A stretch of DNA of 64,000 nucleotides from Candidatus Wolfebacteria bacterium GW2011_GWE2_44_13 (GCA_001000675.1 LCHW01000003.1:67873-131872); one strand, 5' to 3'; positions 26,853 to 37,436 are shown, counted from the first letter of the stretch. The notes: a model not told the origin generated them from the sequence alone. Numbers and translations: made by a program.

Positions 26853-27896
26853 TTACACCTCTCCTTCTTGTGTGTGATTCCCGATAATACGCGGGTACAT
26901 TTCGAACATTGCAAACAGTATCGCCAAGACAACAGGGCCAAGGAAGAACCCAACAATCCCAAAAAACTTTAACCCTCCAAATGTCGAGAAAAGAATGACC
27001 AGTGGATGAATCTTGATTCCCCTGCTCAGTAATGCTGGGCGGAGGAAATTATCAACCAATCCAACAACTCCAATTCCCCATATAGCGAGCGCGATTGCCG
27101 CTACTACGTGCCCAGTAAATGCCAAGAAAATAATCGCCGGTACAACGACCAAGCCCGTTCCTACTGCAGGAATCATTGCTGCAAATGCTGCAACACTCGC
27201 CCAAAGCACAGGGCTCGGGACACCCGCAACAGCAAAGCCGATTCCCGCAAGAATGCCCTGCAAGAAAGCCACCATGATCGTCCCCTTGGTAACAGAAGCT
27301 ATTGCGGCCGTTATTGTGTCGAGTAGTTCGCTACTGTGCGTATCTTCGAGCGGGCTTACGGCTAAAATCATTTTTCTAAATATGTCCTCATCTCTAAATA
27401 AGAAAAAGAGCGTAAAAAGAATGAAAATAAAATTAACTATCATAGCCACCGCACTTGAAAAAACTGCGCCTAAATTTGTTACCACCCATTGCAATCCGTT
27501 TCCAACATATTGCCCAATATCCGCCGCGAGTGTTGGAGCGACTTGTGGAACATACTGCTGCAGCACATTAACCATGTTTGCGATTATCCCGCTTTCCAAT
27601 CCCCCGTCGGCGATCGAAATGTAGAGACCCTTTGCTTCGTTAAAAATCTGATAACCGAATAAGCTTAACGGCACAAGCACCACTAACATTACTACGATCG
27701 TGGAAATAACTGCACTTGCGGTATTTCTCCCGTGTAACTTTTCCCTAATCCAGCGATGCATTGGTCTGAATATGATCGCAAACATAATTGCGATAAAAAA
27801 TACATCTGCATAAGGGCTTAACAAAAACAATCCAGCGACCGTCATCACCCCCAGCAAGATAAAAAAGAAGTTATGTTGTATTTTTTCTTTGGTCAT
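26853..27896 (-). CDS. AI-2E family transporter (PerM/UPF0118 permease)
   Basis: 347 aa. 7-8 TM. Family-like topology with a conserved Gly-rich C-terminal half. Confidence 0.65.
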   Translation of the reverse strand: MTKEKIQHNFFFILLGVMTVAGLFLLSPYADVFFIAIMFAIIFRPMHRWIREKLHGRNTASAVISTIVVMLVVLVPLSLFGYQIFNEAKGLYISIADGGLESGIIANMVNVLQQYVPQVAPTLAADIGQYVGNGLQWVVTNLGAVFSSAVAMIVNFIFILFTLFFLFRDEDIFRKMILAVSPLEDTHSSELLDTITAAIASVTKGTIMVAFLQGILAGIGFAVAGVPSPVLWASVAAFAAMIPAVGTGLVVVPAIIFLAFTGHVVAAIALAIWGIGVVGLVDNFLRPALLSRGIKIHPLVILFSTFGGLKFFGIVGFFLGPVVLAILFAMFEMYPRIIGNHTQEGEV

Positions 27897-28006
27897 AATA
27901 ATAGTAACTTATGTACTTAGTATACAGGAAGTGCTTTAAATTGTAACTTTTTATCTTTTTAGGGGCTGCTTCCTATTGAAATTGATTCCTATATATAGTA
28001 TACTCC

Positions 28007-28078
28007 AATTCACTAAGCGGTAGTAGTTCAGTGGTAGAACGCCTCCTTGCCAAGGAGGAGGTCGCCGGTTCGAGCCCG
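28007..28078 (+). tRNA. tRNA-Gly (anticodon GCC), no encoded CCA
   Basis: GCGGUAG acceptor. Anticodon stem CCUCC/GGAGG with loop UUGCCAA. T-loop UUCGAGC. Confidence 0.85.
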
Positions 28079-28090
28079 GTCTACCGCTCA

Positions 28091-28125
28091 GAAAAATAAA
28101 AGATCACCTTCGGGTGGTTTTTTAT
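28091..28125 (+). terminator. intrinsic terminator GATCACCTTCGGGTGGTTTTTTATTT after tRNA-Gly
   Basis: Hairpin followed by a T-run. Confidence 0.6.
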
Positions 28126-28263
28126 TTACCCTGCACCTGTGGCACATTATTTCCTAGATTTTTGAGTGTATTTGTGGTATTGTAGTAATTACCGCAGTAG
28201 ATTCCTTCTACTACCTAGTAAATTAAGGAGAATTGAAACTAAATCAGGCCTAATTCGTTCTAT

Positions 28264-28812
28264 ATGTTAGATGACGAAGAAAAGTCCATAATTGAGCGAG
28301 CTATCGGAGGTGACGCCTTGGCTTTTGGCCTTCTATACGATAAGTACCACGAACAAATCTACCGATTTGTCTATCTCAAGGTCAGTCATCGTGAAGAAGC
28401 TGAGGATATCACCCATCATGTTTTTTTGAATGCTTGGCAGAATATGGGAACATATCGCGATAAGGGCTTCCCTTTCTCGAGCCTCCTCTACCAAATTGCC
28501 CGTAATAAGGTCATTGACCATTACCGGACCAAAAAGACAACGCTCGATATCGAAGACTTGAATGAAGCAGAGATCCCTCGCCATGAATCAACGGTTGAAG
28601 ATTCTCTACACTTCCAGTTTCAAGTAACCACAGTAAAAACTGCAATTAAGCAACTTAAGCAGGAATATCAAGATATTATCATTATGCGCTATGTCGAAGA
28701 GCTTACACCCTCCGAAATAGCCCGCATTCTTAAAAAACCAGAGACGACAATTCGCGTACTCCAGCACAGAGCTATTAAGCAGTTGAAAGCGCTCCTCAAC
28801 GAGCTACCATAA
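28264..28812 (+). CDS. ECF-type RNA polymerase sigma factor (sigma-24 family)
   Basis: 182 aa. Region 2 FLNAWQN. Region 4 LTPSEIARILKKPETTIRVLQHRAIKQLK. Confidence 0.85.
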   Translation: MLDDEEKSIIERAIGGDALAFGLLYDKYHEQIYRFVYLKVSHREEAEDITHHVFLNAWQNMGTYRDKGFPFSSLLYQIARNKVIDHYRTKKTTLDIEDLNEAEIPRHESTVEDSLHFQFQVTTVKTAIKQLKQEYQDIIIMRYVEELTPSEIARILKKPETTIRVLQHRAIKQLKALLNELP

Positions 28813-28818
28813 CGCATC

Positions 28819-29361
28819 ATGGAAAATGACATTCTTACAACCCTACGAAGCCTAAAGCAAATCACTCCTGATTCTGCGTATACAAAGCATTCTCGCATGC
28901 TTCTTTTAGCTTCCCCTCAGGTCCCTGCTACCGAACAACGCGTAAGCACCTTCTTTCGTCTTTCCGCTATTCTTGGAGCTGGGGTAATCGGAATAGTTAT
29001 ACTCCTCGGAGGAACAACCTACATCAATGAAACGTATTCCCCTCTCGCGCTTGAAGGGCTTAATCAGCGCAGCTTAACTGCTGAAGCAGACGAGATTAAT
29101 AGCTCAATCGAGATTACTTTGGAGACTATCGATTATCTCGATACGTCCAACCAAATGACTTTGACAAAAATAGCCGAGATTCAAAACATCGCTCCCGTTG
29201 CAGCCCCAGCCGCTTCACTGCGCCTTATGTCTGCACCAGCTGAAGTTGCAACTACGACCCCTGAAACCGCTAGCGTCGACACATTCTTAATCGACAGCGA
29301 TTCAGCCGAAGTGCCAGCCGAACGGCAGATCAACGATATCCTTGAACAGATCGCTCAATAA
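28819..29361 (+). CDS. single-pass membrane protein downstream of ECF sigma (possible anti-sigma factor)
   Basis: 180 aa. One TM (ILGAGVIGIVILLGG). The assignment rests on position only. Confidence 0.3.
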   Translation: MENDILTTLRSLKQITPDSAYTKHSRMLLLASPQVPATEQRVSTFFRLSAILGAGVIGIVILLGGTTYINETYSPLALEGLNQRSLTAEADEINSSIEITLETIDYLDTSNQMTLTKIAEIQNIAPVAAPAASLRLMSAPAEVATTTPETASVDTFLIDSDSAEVPAERQINDILEQIAQ

Positions 29362-30238
29362 ATCTATGCAAAAGCAAACCCGTATTTCTTCCTTTATCAT
29401 ATCAGTATCTTCTCTTGCTTTCGCATTTTTGGGCGGAATTTTTATTGCTACTCCGAGCGTTCAAGCAGCTGAACCACTTCCATTTATCAATACTACAATT
29501 GCTAAAGAAGCAGCCACCGATGTACTTACCGAAGATCAGCGCAAAGCAATCCTTCGCGAAATCGTTTCCTCTTCACAGACCGAAATTAAAAATATCGTAG
29601 ACGCATTAACCGCATTAAAACTAGACGACGCATGGAGCCTTGCACAAGCTGACTTCCTTGCAAAGCTTGCGACTTCAAGCGAATATTACGACACCCTCGC
29701 CGAACAACTCGAAAACGAAGATCTTTCCCTTGAAGACATCAAGACAATCGCTAAAGATCTCAAAGAATGGCGCGAAGCTGTTTATGCACCAGAATTGAAA
29801 GAAATTGGTAATCTTATTCTCATTTTTCAAACTAAAACAATCTACGATGTTGTGCAGTTGCGCAGTATCAAGATTTCGAGCGACCTCAAGAAACTCGACA
29901 AGCAAAATCTCGTAAATACCGATACATTAAAAAAGTATCTTACGCAAGCAGACAAATCGATTAAAAACGCAAAGACGTTAACAGATAAGGCAACTGACTT
30001 ATATTATACTACGAGCATTGAACCGCTTCAGCCAAAACAAGCCAAGGAAGAAAGCACTTCGGACAAGCAACCCACTTCCCTTCCTGCAGTAGAATCTACA
30101 GAAAATGATGCCACCGTCTCCCCTGAGATAGTGATCGACCCACAAGATCATGTGCGAGCACTCGCAAAAGAATCGCTCAAGGAATTAAAAACTGCATACG
30201 AATTGTTCTTCAAGATGAACGATCGTATTCGAAAATAA
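29342..30238 (+). CDS. secreted/membrane-anchored hypothetical protein
   Basis: 298 aa. N-terminal signal/TM followed by a helical region. Confidence 0.4.
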   Translation: MNRSLNKSMQKQTRISSFIISVSSLAFAFLGGIFIATPSVQAAEPLPFINTTIAKEAATDVLTEDQRKAILREIVSSSQTEIKNIVDALTALKLDDAWSLAQADFLAKLATSSEYYDTLAEQLENEDLSLEDIKTIAKDLKEWREAVYAPELKEIGNLILIFQTKTIYDVVQLRSIKISSDLKKLDKQNLVNTDTLKKYLTQADKSIKNAKTLTDKATDLYYTTSIEPLQPKQAKEESTSDKQPTSLPAVESTENDATVSPEIVIDPQDHVRALAKESLKELKTAYELFFKMNDRIRK

Positions 30239-30244
30239 GATATA

Positions 30245-30279
30245 AAAAATCCGTCAGCCCTAGGCTGACGGATTTTTTA
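30245..30279. terminator. bidirectional terminator AAAAAATCCGTCAGCCCTAGGCTGACGGATTTTTT
   Basis: Perfect hairpin flanked by A- and T-runs. Lies between convergent genes. Confidence 0.65.
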
Positions 30280-30291
30280 TTACTCCTCTTC

Positions 30292-30669
30292 TTATTCTGC
30301 GCCGTCCATTTGCGCTATTTCTTTTCTTATCTCTTTCTCAAGCTCAAGCTCAAGCTTATTTTCTTGCTGTGCAATATACAGTGCTTCGTACAATACATCG
30401 AGTGCTTCGTTTCTATATCCACCCTCAGCGTATATATTTGCCCGATCTATTTCAAATCCAATACACGCCTCTAGCGTACGTCCCAATGCTTCGACAATCT
30501 TTTCTCGCTCAATTGTCCATGCTGTAAGCGCCTCAAGCACTTCTGCGTGTTTTATGCCTTTTTTATACAATCCTTCTATTAATGGCTTACGCGAATCAGA
30601 TCCAATTTCTGCCCCCTCTAATCGCTTAAATCCATCGACTGCTTCGATTATTTTTTTATTTTCACCCAT
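30292..30669 (-). CDS. hypothetical protein
   Basis: 125 aa. Helical. No recognisable family. Confidence 0.35.
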   Translation of the reverse strand: MGENKKIIEAVDGFKRLEGAEIGSDSRKPLIEGLYKKGIKHAEVLEALTAWTIEREKIVEALGRTLEACIGFEIDRANIYAEGGYRNEALDVLYEALYIAQQENKLELELEKEIRKEIAQMDGAE

Positions 30670-30762
30670 GTCTCTAGTATATCATTTGTAAACAAAAACA
30701 CCCACGCAAGTGGATGTTTTTGAGAAATGATTTCCGCCCGAGGCGGACCAGCCTTGGGCTGG

Positions 30763-31038
30763 TTACTTAACTGCGTCCTTGAAAGCCTTTGCAGCTTTGA
30801 ACTTAGGAGCTACAGATGCTGCGATCTGGATCTTTTCACCAGTCTTTGGGTTTACACCCATTCGAGCGGCTCGCTTGGTTGCCTTGAAGCTACCAAAACC
30901 TGAGATTGCAACTTCTTCTCCTCGTGCCAATGCCCCTGCGATTGTATCGAACACTGCTTCTACAGCAGCAGTTGCCTGCTTCTTTACTTCGATGCCTGCG
31001 GCTGCCTGTACTGCGTCGATTAATTCTACTTTGTTCAT
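30763..31038 (-). CDS. hup: HU family DNA-binding protein
   Basis: Start at internal MNKVELID. GFGSFKATKRAARMGVNPKTGEKIQI arm motif. Confidence 0.85.
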   Translation of the reverse strand: MNKVELIDAVQAAAGIEVKKQATAAVEAVFDTIAGALARGEEVAISGFGSFKATKRAARMGVNPKTGEKIQIAASVAPKFKAAKAFKDAVK

Positions 31039-31311
31039 TGAGAGATACACATGTCCCCAGTGATAATGGATCAACGAAATTCGCATCCCCATATCGCTAG
31101 TTAATGTCTTTTAAACTACTCGACCTTTGACTTATTTACTTATACTCAAATTATATAGTATTTATGCGGTGTAAACAATAGTTCCGCAATATATTGACAT
31201 ATCATCGATTGTGGTTTATTATATATTTAGTTATTTAACTTGCGGGCCAATGAGCGGGCCGTCCAACATTCGCCATTTTCGAAGCAATTCGAAACAAAAA
31301 GGAGTACGCAC

Positions 31312-31665
31312 ATGGAAACGATTCCGAAGTTACACCATGCTCAGGTAGTTAAGGGAGGCAAGCCGATTGCGACACTCACCTACCTCGGCCAGGACATGCC
31401 TGAAGGCGGATACACGGAATGGGGCAGCACAACCATCCACTTGCTCGTTCGCCTTGCGAAGGGAATCTTCCAGATGGAGGCCGAGTATGCAATCATTGTG
31501 CGCTCACTTATGCGGTATAATTGCGACGAGAAGCAGGTGCTTGGGTCGGAAACATCGGGCGCCACTATTCTTGTTCGCTTAAAACTTCATAAGCCTATAC
31601 TGCGCAACGAGAAGACATATATTCTCTCTCTAGCGCGCAAGGCAAGCGAAGCTCTTCGCGCATAA
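31312..31665 (+). CDS. hypothetical protein, GC-rich ORFan (start at METIPKL)
   Basis: The local GC is well above background. A terminator-like hairpin (ggcggccccatggccgcc) follows. Confidence 0.35.
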   Translation: METIPKLHHAQVVKGGKPIATLTYLGQDMPEGGYTEWGSTTIHLLVRLAKGIFQMEAEYAIIVRSLMRYNCDEKQVLGSETSGATILVRLKLHKPILRNEKTYILSLARKASEALRA

Positions 31666-31771
31666 CCAAAAGGCGGCCCCATGGCCGCCTTTTTTATTTC
31701 TCTCTCTTACCTTGCATACTCCACTGCTCTCCATCCAATTGCACTCATAGCTTCGCCCTCATATGCGCGTA

Positions 31772-33295
31772 TCAACGCGCATATTCCACTGCACGCATCT
31801 CGCGGATAACCGTCACCTTGATTTCTCCAGGGTATTTCAACTCCCCTTCAATCTTATTAGCAACATCGCGTGCAAGCTGAAATGCAGCGAAATCGTCCAT
31901 CTTCTCAGGTGTTACGAAAATGCGCAACTCACGTCCTGCAGAGATTGCGTATGCCTGCTTTACGCCGCTAAACTCACCGGCAATCTTTTCAAGCTCTTCG
32001 AGTCGCTTGATATAGTTATCGATGTTTTCTCGTCGTGCCCCTGGGCGCGCTGCGGACAACGCATCGGTTGCTGCAACAATGTATGCCTCTGGCGATGCGA
32101 ATGGATAATCTTCATGATGCGACTCCATTGCCTGAATAACCTTTTCGCTTATATTGTATTTCTTCAATATCTTCTGTCCAAGCTCTACGTGACTTCCAAC
32201 AACTTCGTGGTCGATTGCTTTACCAATATCGTGCAAGAGCGCTGCCTTGCGTGCAAGGTCTGCGTTTACACCCAATTCAGAAGCAATCATGCCGGCCAAA
32301 TGGGACGACTCAATAGAGTGTACCAATGCATTTTGTCCGTAACTTGTTCGGAAGTGCAATCGGCCTAAAAGCTGAATCAACTCCTTTGGCAAGTCGTAAA
32401 TACCTACTTCATGCGCTGCCTGCTCTCCGATATCAAATGCCCGCTTTGTAAGTTCATTCTTTGCCTCCTCTACTTTTTCTTCAATACGAGCTGGTTGAAT
32501 GCGACCATCCTTAAGCAACTTTTCAAGTGTTAAGCTTGCTACTTCTCGACGCATTGGATCAAACGAAGAAACCACGATGTAGTCAGGGGCCTCGTCAATA
32601 ATAAACTCGACACCCGTCAACCGCTCAAGGGCTTTGATGTTACGTCCTTCTCGGCCGATAATCTTTCCCTTTAAATCTTCGTTCGGAAGATGGAAAATAC
32701 TTGTTGTTACTTCGGCCACGTGACTTCGGCTATATCGCTGAATCGCAGTGGTTAAAATATCAAGGCTCTTTTTCTCTATCTCTTCTACTCGCTCACGCTC
32801 AAGCTTTTGAATCGTTAATGCGAGATCTTTCTGATGATCTTCTTGCACTTTTTTTACAATCAATGCAAGCGCTTCTTCGCGCGTCATTCCTGCATTTTTT
32901 TGTACAATCGCTTCTGCCTCTGTTCGCAATCCTTCTATCTCGTCCTCTTTCTTCTTTAATGCAGTAGTTTCTTCGTTAAGTTTCGTTTCTTTATCTCGCA
33001 CACTGTGCAAGTCACGCTCAAGCGATTCTTCCTTTTTTATAAGACGCTCATCCAAACGATCAAGCTGAAGCTTTCGCTCACGCTCATCGCGCTTCGCTTC
33101 CTCGATAAGATTCGCGGCCTTTTCTTGCCCCTCAAGAACTATTTCCTTTGCTTTTACTTTTGCTTCATCGATTTGTCGTTCGATGATTTGCTCAATATTA
33201 TTTTTTTTCTTCAGCCCGATTGCCTGCCGCGCATAATATCCACCCGCAGCTCCTGCAATAACTAAAACGATCCACAACAATGGATTTAAGAACAT
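31772..33295 (-). CDS. rny: ribonuclease Y
   Basis: 507 aa. N-terminal TM. Coiled coil. KH domain (GKIIGREGRNIKALE). HD domain (LLHDIGKA). Confidence 0.9.
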   Translation of the reverse strand: MFLNPLLWIVLVIAGAAGGYYARQAIGLKKKNNIEQIIERQIDEAKVKAKEIVLEGQEKAANLIEEAKRDERERKLQLDRLDERLIKKEESLERDLHSVRDKETKLNEETTALKKKEDEIEGLRTEAEAIVQKNAGMTREEALALIVKKVQEDHQKDLALTIQKLERERVEEIEKKSLDILTTAIQRYSRSHVAEVTTSIFHLPNEDLKGKIIGREGRNIKALERLTGVEFIIDEAPDYIVVSSFDPMRREVASLTLEKLLKDGRIQPARIEEKVEEAKNELTKRAFDIGEQAAHEVGIYDLPKELIQLLGRLHFRTSYGQNALVHSIESSHLAGMIASELGVNADLARKAALLHDIGKAIDHEVVGSHVELGQKILKKYNISEKVIQAMESHHEDYPFASPEAYIVAATDALSAARPGARRENIDNYIKRLEELEKIAGEFSGVKQAYAISAGRELRIFVTPEKMDDFAAFQLARDVANKIEGELKYPGEIKVTVIREMRAVEYAR

Positions 33296-33548
33296 ATTTT
33301 CGAATGTATCCCAATTTCTTCATATATTTTCTAATTCATGCATATGAGCAACCACTCTTCGTCGCGGATTCGCTTTGCTCATCTGTATAAATTCTGACAT
33401 GAACTACTCTTTATTTCGTACTGTTTTATAATTCACATCACCTGAATTCACTGGGAACAGGTTAAATTGCATGCCTTTAGTATACCCCCTCAGAACAAAA
33501 AGAAAAAGGGCAGCTCTTCGAGCCGCCCTTTTGCGTTTCTTTGCCTCG

Positions 33549-33716
33549 TCATTTCGGCGGTACAAGCCACGTTGGCAGCTCGCAAATGTAGCGATCTACG
33601 CCATGGAGCATGGCCACAATCACAAGCACTGCGACCATTGCGATCGAGACCCAATGCAGGATCTCTCCGGAATCTTGTACGCCTTTACGCCCGTAGTACT
33701 CTTCGTTAGTCTCCAC
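33549..33716 (-). CDS. possible small membrane protein (55 aa, GTG start, not in the ORF track)
   Basis: A GAGGAGG SD sits 7-13 nt upstream of the GTG. Translation VETNEEYYGRKGVQDSGEILHWVSIAMVAVLVIVAMLHGVDRYICELPTWLVPPK. A terminator hairpin lies downstream at about 33498..33530. The stretch is GC-rich. Confidence 0.3.
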   Translation of the reverse strand: METNEEYYGRKGVQDSGEILHWVSIAMVAVLVIVAMLHGVDRYICELPTWLVPPK

Positions 33717-33782
33717 AGCAGCCTCCTCTCGGTTACATGCCCAATGGTACTATATAAAGTATCCTTCAGTACAACCTATATG

Positions 33783-35111
33783 TCAATTTTCTCGAATAAC
33801 AAGCATAAGGTCGGCAACGTTAAAGCTTTCGGTCTTTACCGATATCATATTTCCATTCTTCTTGAAAAAATCGAGTGAGGCATGACTCGCCAACGCATTC
33901 CCCACATCTTGCTTCGCAGTGCGCGCTGCCTTTAGCGTATATGTATCGGCTATTCCCCCTGCCGCAATACTATTATCGTGCCCGTCGCTTGCATACGATA
34001 TTGCAATAATGCCTGCGAGCTTTTCTGGCTTCTCTGCATATGCATGCACAACCCCTAGGGCAACTTCGAGATTTCTCCCTCCTTTTCCTAATTTTTTATC
34101 TGCTGCAATATCTTTCAATGTTACGGTTGTCTCCCCTGCCATAAATATCGCTTCCCCTTTTTTAATAGTCCGTACAATCGGAAACAACGCCTCTTTTGCT
34201 TCTCCTTCAAATGTAACACTTTTTATTTTTGACTTAAACCCGAGCTTCTTTGCCGTTTCTGCCATTGCCTGTACTGCGTCATTATTCGATACAAATAATA
34301 CGTTCTTTGTATTTTTAAAATATTTTTCTTCCTTTGGTGTTTCTTTTAATGTAATGCCTCCTCCTGAAACTCCATATTTTTTTAATACTGCTGCTGCATG
34401 TGCAACGGTTGTTGTATCACAAATCGTCGGACCAGATGCGATCATTTCCATATCATTTCCAATAACGTCAGACGCCATAAGTGTCAGTAACGTTGCTGGA
34501 TAAATTGTTTTCGCAAGATTCCCTCCTTTAACATCGGATACGTGCTTTCTCACTGTATTCAACTCGATAATATTTGCGCCTGCTTTTGTTAGTTCCTTAA
34601 AAATCGTTGTTGATGCTTGCAGCTCTTCATCTGACGCAACGGCAAGTGCTGACCCTCCACCACACATACATACAATAACCAAATCATCGGCTTCAAGATT
34701 GCTTACCATGCGTATGATCTTTTGTGTTGCTTTTACGTTCTTTGGCGAAGGCAACGGATGCGTCCCTACGAGCAGCTCGAGCCGTGTATTTTTATTTGCC
34801 ACCGTTTCTACGTCAATCGCAATTCCTCGCGTCATACGGTCTTTTAGCACACCTGCAAGGGCTACGCTTGCGTAGGCTGACCCCTTACCAATCCCCACTA
34901 AAAATACGCGTTTATAATCGTTTAAATCGATGCGAATATTGCCTACCTTTTTATCGGGAAGTTCTACTGTAAGTACGCCTTTCTGTACGGTTATACGTTT
35001 TTTAATAGATTTTTTAATGTCGATTGCTGCATATCCTGCTTCAACAATAGCGAGTGCTTTTTTGCGGAGCGGTGTTTTTGCGAGTTCCTTTGTATTAATG
35101 ATGTAGGACAT
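33783..35111 (-). CDS. glycerate kinase, MOFRL family (DUF4147 + MOFRL)
   Basis: 442 aa. VFLVGIGKGSAYAS N-domain. Gly-rich C-domain typical of glycerate 2-kinase/hydroxypyruvate reductase-like proteins. Confidence 0.5.
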   Translation of the reverse strand: MSYIINTKELAKTPLRKKALAIVEAGYAAIDIKKSIKKRITVQKGVLTVELPDKKVGNIRIDLNDYKRVFLVGIGKGSAYASVALAGVLKDRMTRGIAIDVETVANKNTRLELLVGTHPLPSPKNVKATQKIIRMVSNLEADDLVIVCMCGGGSALAVASDEELQASTTIFKELTKAGANIIELNTVRKHVSDVKGGNLAKTIYPATLLTLMASDVIGNDMEMIASGPTICDTTTVAHAAAVLKKYGVSGGGITLKETPKEEKYFKNTKNVLFVSNNDAVQAMAETAKKLGFKSKIKSVTFEGEAKEALFPIVRTIKKGEAIFMAGETTVTLKDIAADKKLGKGGRNLEVALGVVHAYAEKPEKLAGIIAISYASDGHDNSIAAGGIADTYTLKAARTAKQDVGNALASHASLDFFKKNGNMISVKTESFNVADLMLVIREN

Positions 35112-35116
35112 AGCTT

Positions 35117-36037
35117 TTATCGAAGTAAGAGTAATATGATTGGCGTAGTGATGAAGGATAGTATTGTTGCGAATACGATTGCATTCCCTACGAGTGCGGT
35201 ATTGAGTTTAAACTTTTCGGCAATAACAAACGTAGTTACTGCCACCGGCATTGAGGCTAGAAGCACAGGGATTTCCACATCGCCTCCTTTGCCAAAATAG
35301 ATATAGGTACCAAATACAATCAACGGGAACAATATCATTTTTATGGTTGCAATGGATATAACAAGATGCAAGTCCTTTTTCAAAAACTTCCCATAGAGAA
35401 ACCCACCCAAGGCAAACAATGCTACCGGCGATGACGTACTTCCGAGCATCGTCATTGTCTTTTTAATGCTTCCGATAATAGCGCTTCCCGCTTCAGGGAT
35501 AAAACTCAACACAACGCCGAGCACCATCGAGAGTACTAATGGATTCTTTAAAAATTCCATTAACTCATTCTTAATACTGTGTTCTTTTGTATGCCAATAA
35601 TTCACTACGAGCATCGAAAGTACGAGCGGGATGATGAGGTACACGTTTCCTACTAATGCGCCTGCGGGCACATGATCTTTCCCAAATCCCGCCTCCACAA
35701 GCGCGATTCCCATGTACAATGTATTTCCTGTTGCAGCAGTAAGGAATAACGCTGCCTTTGTCTCGCGCGATACCTTCCACACCGAGAGCACGATGAACAG
35801 CAGTGCGAGAAAAACAACCATACTTACGGCGCTTACTCCTAATAAGCTCAAAATTTCGGGGCTTCGGAAATTGACACCCCAAAGACTCACCGTAATCAAT
35901 GCAGGTAGAGCAACATAGTATGCAAACGCATTTGCCTGATGCACCCAATCCCCTTGCATAATCTTCATTTTTTGAAATAACCAGCCGGCAAAAACAATAA
36001 AGAATATCGGTAATGAAACAAAAATAGTGGATAGCAT
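35117..36037 (-). CDS. AEC-family (auxin efflux carrier-like) membrane transporter
   Basis: 306 aa. About 10 TM in two repeats. Confidence 0.55.
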   Translation of the reverse strand: MLSTIFVSLPIFFIVFAGWLFQKMKIMQGDWVHQANAFAYYVALPALITVSLWGVNFRSPEILSLLGVSAVSMVVFLALLFIVLSVWKVSRETKAALFLTAATGNTLYMGIALVEAGFGKDHVPAGALVGNVYLIIPLVLSMLVVNYWHTKEHSIKNELMEFLKNPLVLSMVLGVVLSFIPEAGSAIIGSIKKTMTMLGSTSSPVALFALGGFLYGKFLKKDLHLVISIATIKMILFPLIVFGTYIYFGKGGDVEIPVLLASMPVAVTTFVIAEKFKLNTALVGNAIVFATILSFITTPIILLLLR

Positions 36038-36070
36038 ATCCAGTATTATAGCATAAAGTTTTTATAAGCT

Positions 36071-36862
36071 TTACCCAATTTTGAGGGCCGCAAGCAATCG
36101 CGCAACATAATATGCCGGCCGTCTTTTGAAATGCTTCTTGATGTAATACGCTTTTGATGCGCCCATGTGGTCGTCTTTCTTTGCAACCACAGATCCAATA
36201 TGCCTCATTATGATCGAGGGCTCATACCACGACGCATACCCCTTTTGTCTTAATCGCAAACTTAATTCTTCTTCCTCTTTGTACAGGAAGAAATTCTCGT
36301 CAAATCCTCCAATCTCTTCGAATGTATCTTTTCGTATTAAAAACGCAGCACCCGAAACCCATGCGACAATCCCTGGGGTTGCCCTTTCTTTCCAATAGCT
36401 ATCTCCCTTATTATTTTCTACCCATGCTTTAAGCCCTTTTAGTTCTCCGTGATCCCATGCCTGTGTGACACTTTCTTTTGTTATAAGCCGAGGACCGATA
36501 ACCGCCACACCCTTCTTTCTCGCCTCCTCCAATAAGCGCCTTATGGTTTTTGATTCAACGAATTCAATATCCGGGTTAAGCAACAATATATACTCTCCGC
36601 GTGCTTCTTTTGCTATCTTATTATGTCCACCACCAAACCCAAGGTTCTTTTCCGAATGCAAAAATCGCACAGGTAACTGCCCATATTTTTCCCCCAATTC
36701 GGTCAGATCATCAGCGGATGCGTTATCTAATACCAACGCTTCCCACTGAATTGCTTCACCCTCTAAATCCTTTACCATTCCATCAAGACACACCTCAAGA
36801 TATTTCTTTGTATTGTAATTCACTACCTGAATTGAGATGTCGAGCTTATCCATATATAACAT
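36071..36862 (-). CDS. family 2 glycosyltransferase
   Basis: 263 aa. VLDNAS, DxD-type NPDIEF and LGFGGGHN motifs. Confidence 0.8.
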   Translation of the reverse strand: MLYMDKLDISIQVVNYNTKKYLEVCLDGMVKDLEGEAIQWEALVLDNASADDLTELGEKYGQLPVRFLHSEKNLGFGGGHNKIAKEARGEYILLLNPDIEFVESKTIRRLLEEARKKGVAVIGPRLITKESVTQAWDHGELKGLKAWVENNKGDSYWKERATPGIVAWVSGAAFLIRKDTFEEIGGFDENFFLYKEEEELSLRLRQKGYASWYEPSIIMRHIGSVVAKKDDHMGASKAYYIKKHFKRRPAYYVARLLAALKIG

Positions 36863-37436
36863 AAAGAAGTGTTACTATCGCAACAATAAATACTACATTT
36901 TCTATTACTCCCACTGGATGCCATCGAAAATACACATCTCGTATCCAGTGCTCATTTCCTTTTTCTTCCGCCACCTTTTCTAACTCTTCCTCAGACCATG
37001 TCGCTGAGGCGTTCATTGATAAATCGCCCTCTTTTGTTGAGAACAATTTGGATATCTTTTTAGAAAATGGATACATCCACTTAATACCCCATCCAATTCC
37101 CATAGAGTCGTGTATAAAATGCGCCAGCGATGCCGCCATGAATACAAAGAACCACACCGCTCCGAATAACGCGGCGAATACCCCTCCAATACCTAAATAG
37201 AGCAATGGATAATGAAATAGATCACGATGCACATGCGCGTACTTTCCGCCTACCTTGCGATGCGCAATAGCGTGGACCAAAAAATCTGCGTCTGGCAATA
37301 ATGCGAACAAAACCGAGATGCCTACGAGTTGCGCAGACACCTCTATTCCAAATAGGTTTGAGGCTATTAAAGCGACAAATATTCCTAATCCAATGTCTGC
37401 TAGCATGGTTTTATTTTTCTTGCACTGGATTCCCAC
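36846..37436 (-). CDS. membrane-bound metal-dependent hydrolase (YdjM/DUF457-like)
   Basis: 196 aa. LPDADF and HRxxGGxxxH motifs in TM helices. Confidence 0.5.
   Translation of the reverse strand: MGIQCKKNKTMLADIGLGIFVALIASNLFGIEVSAQLVGISVLFALLPDADFLVHAIAHRKVGGKYAHVHRDLFHYPLLYLGIGGVFAALFGAVWFFVFMAASLAHFIHDSMGIGWGIKWMYPFSKKISKLFSTKEGDLSMNASATWSEEELEKVAEEKGNEHWIRDVYFRWHPVGVIENVVFIVAIVTLLYVIYG

Noticed and set aside
33471-33878. 135-aa plus-strand ORF in the rny-glycerate kinase intergenic region
   Set aside because: No RBS. It is composed of hairpin/terminator sequence. The minus-strand 55-aa ORF with a GAGGAGG SD is the more plausible coding feature here.
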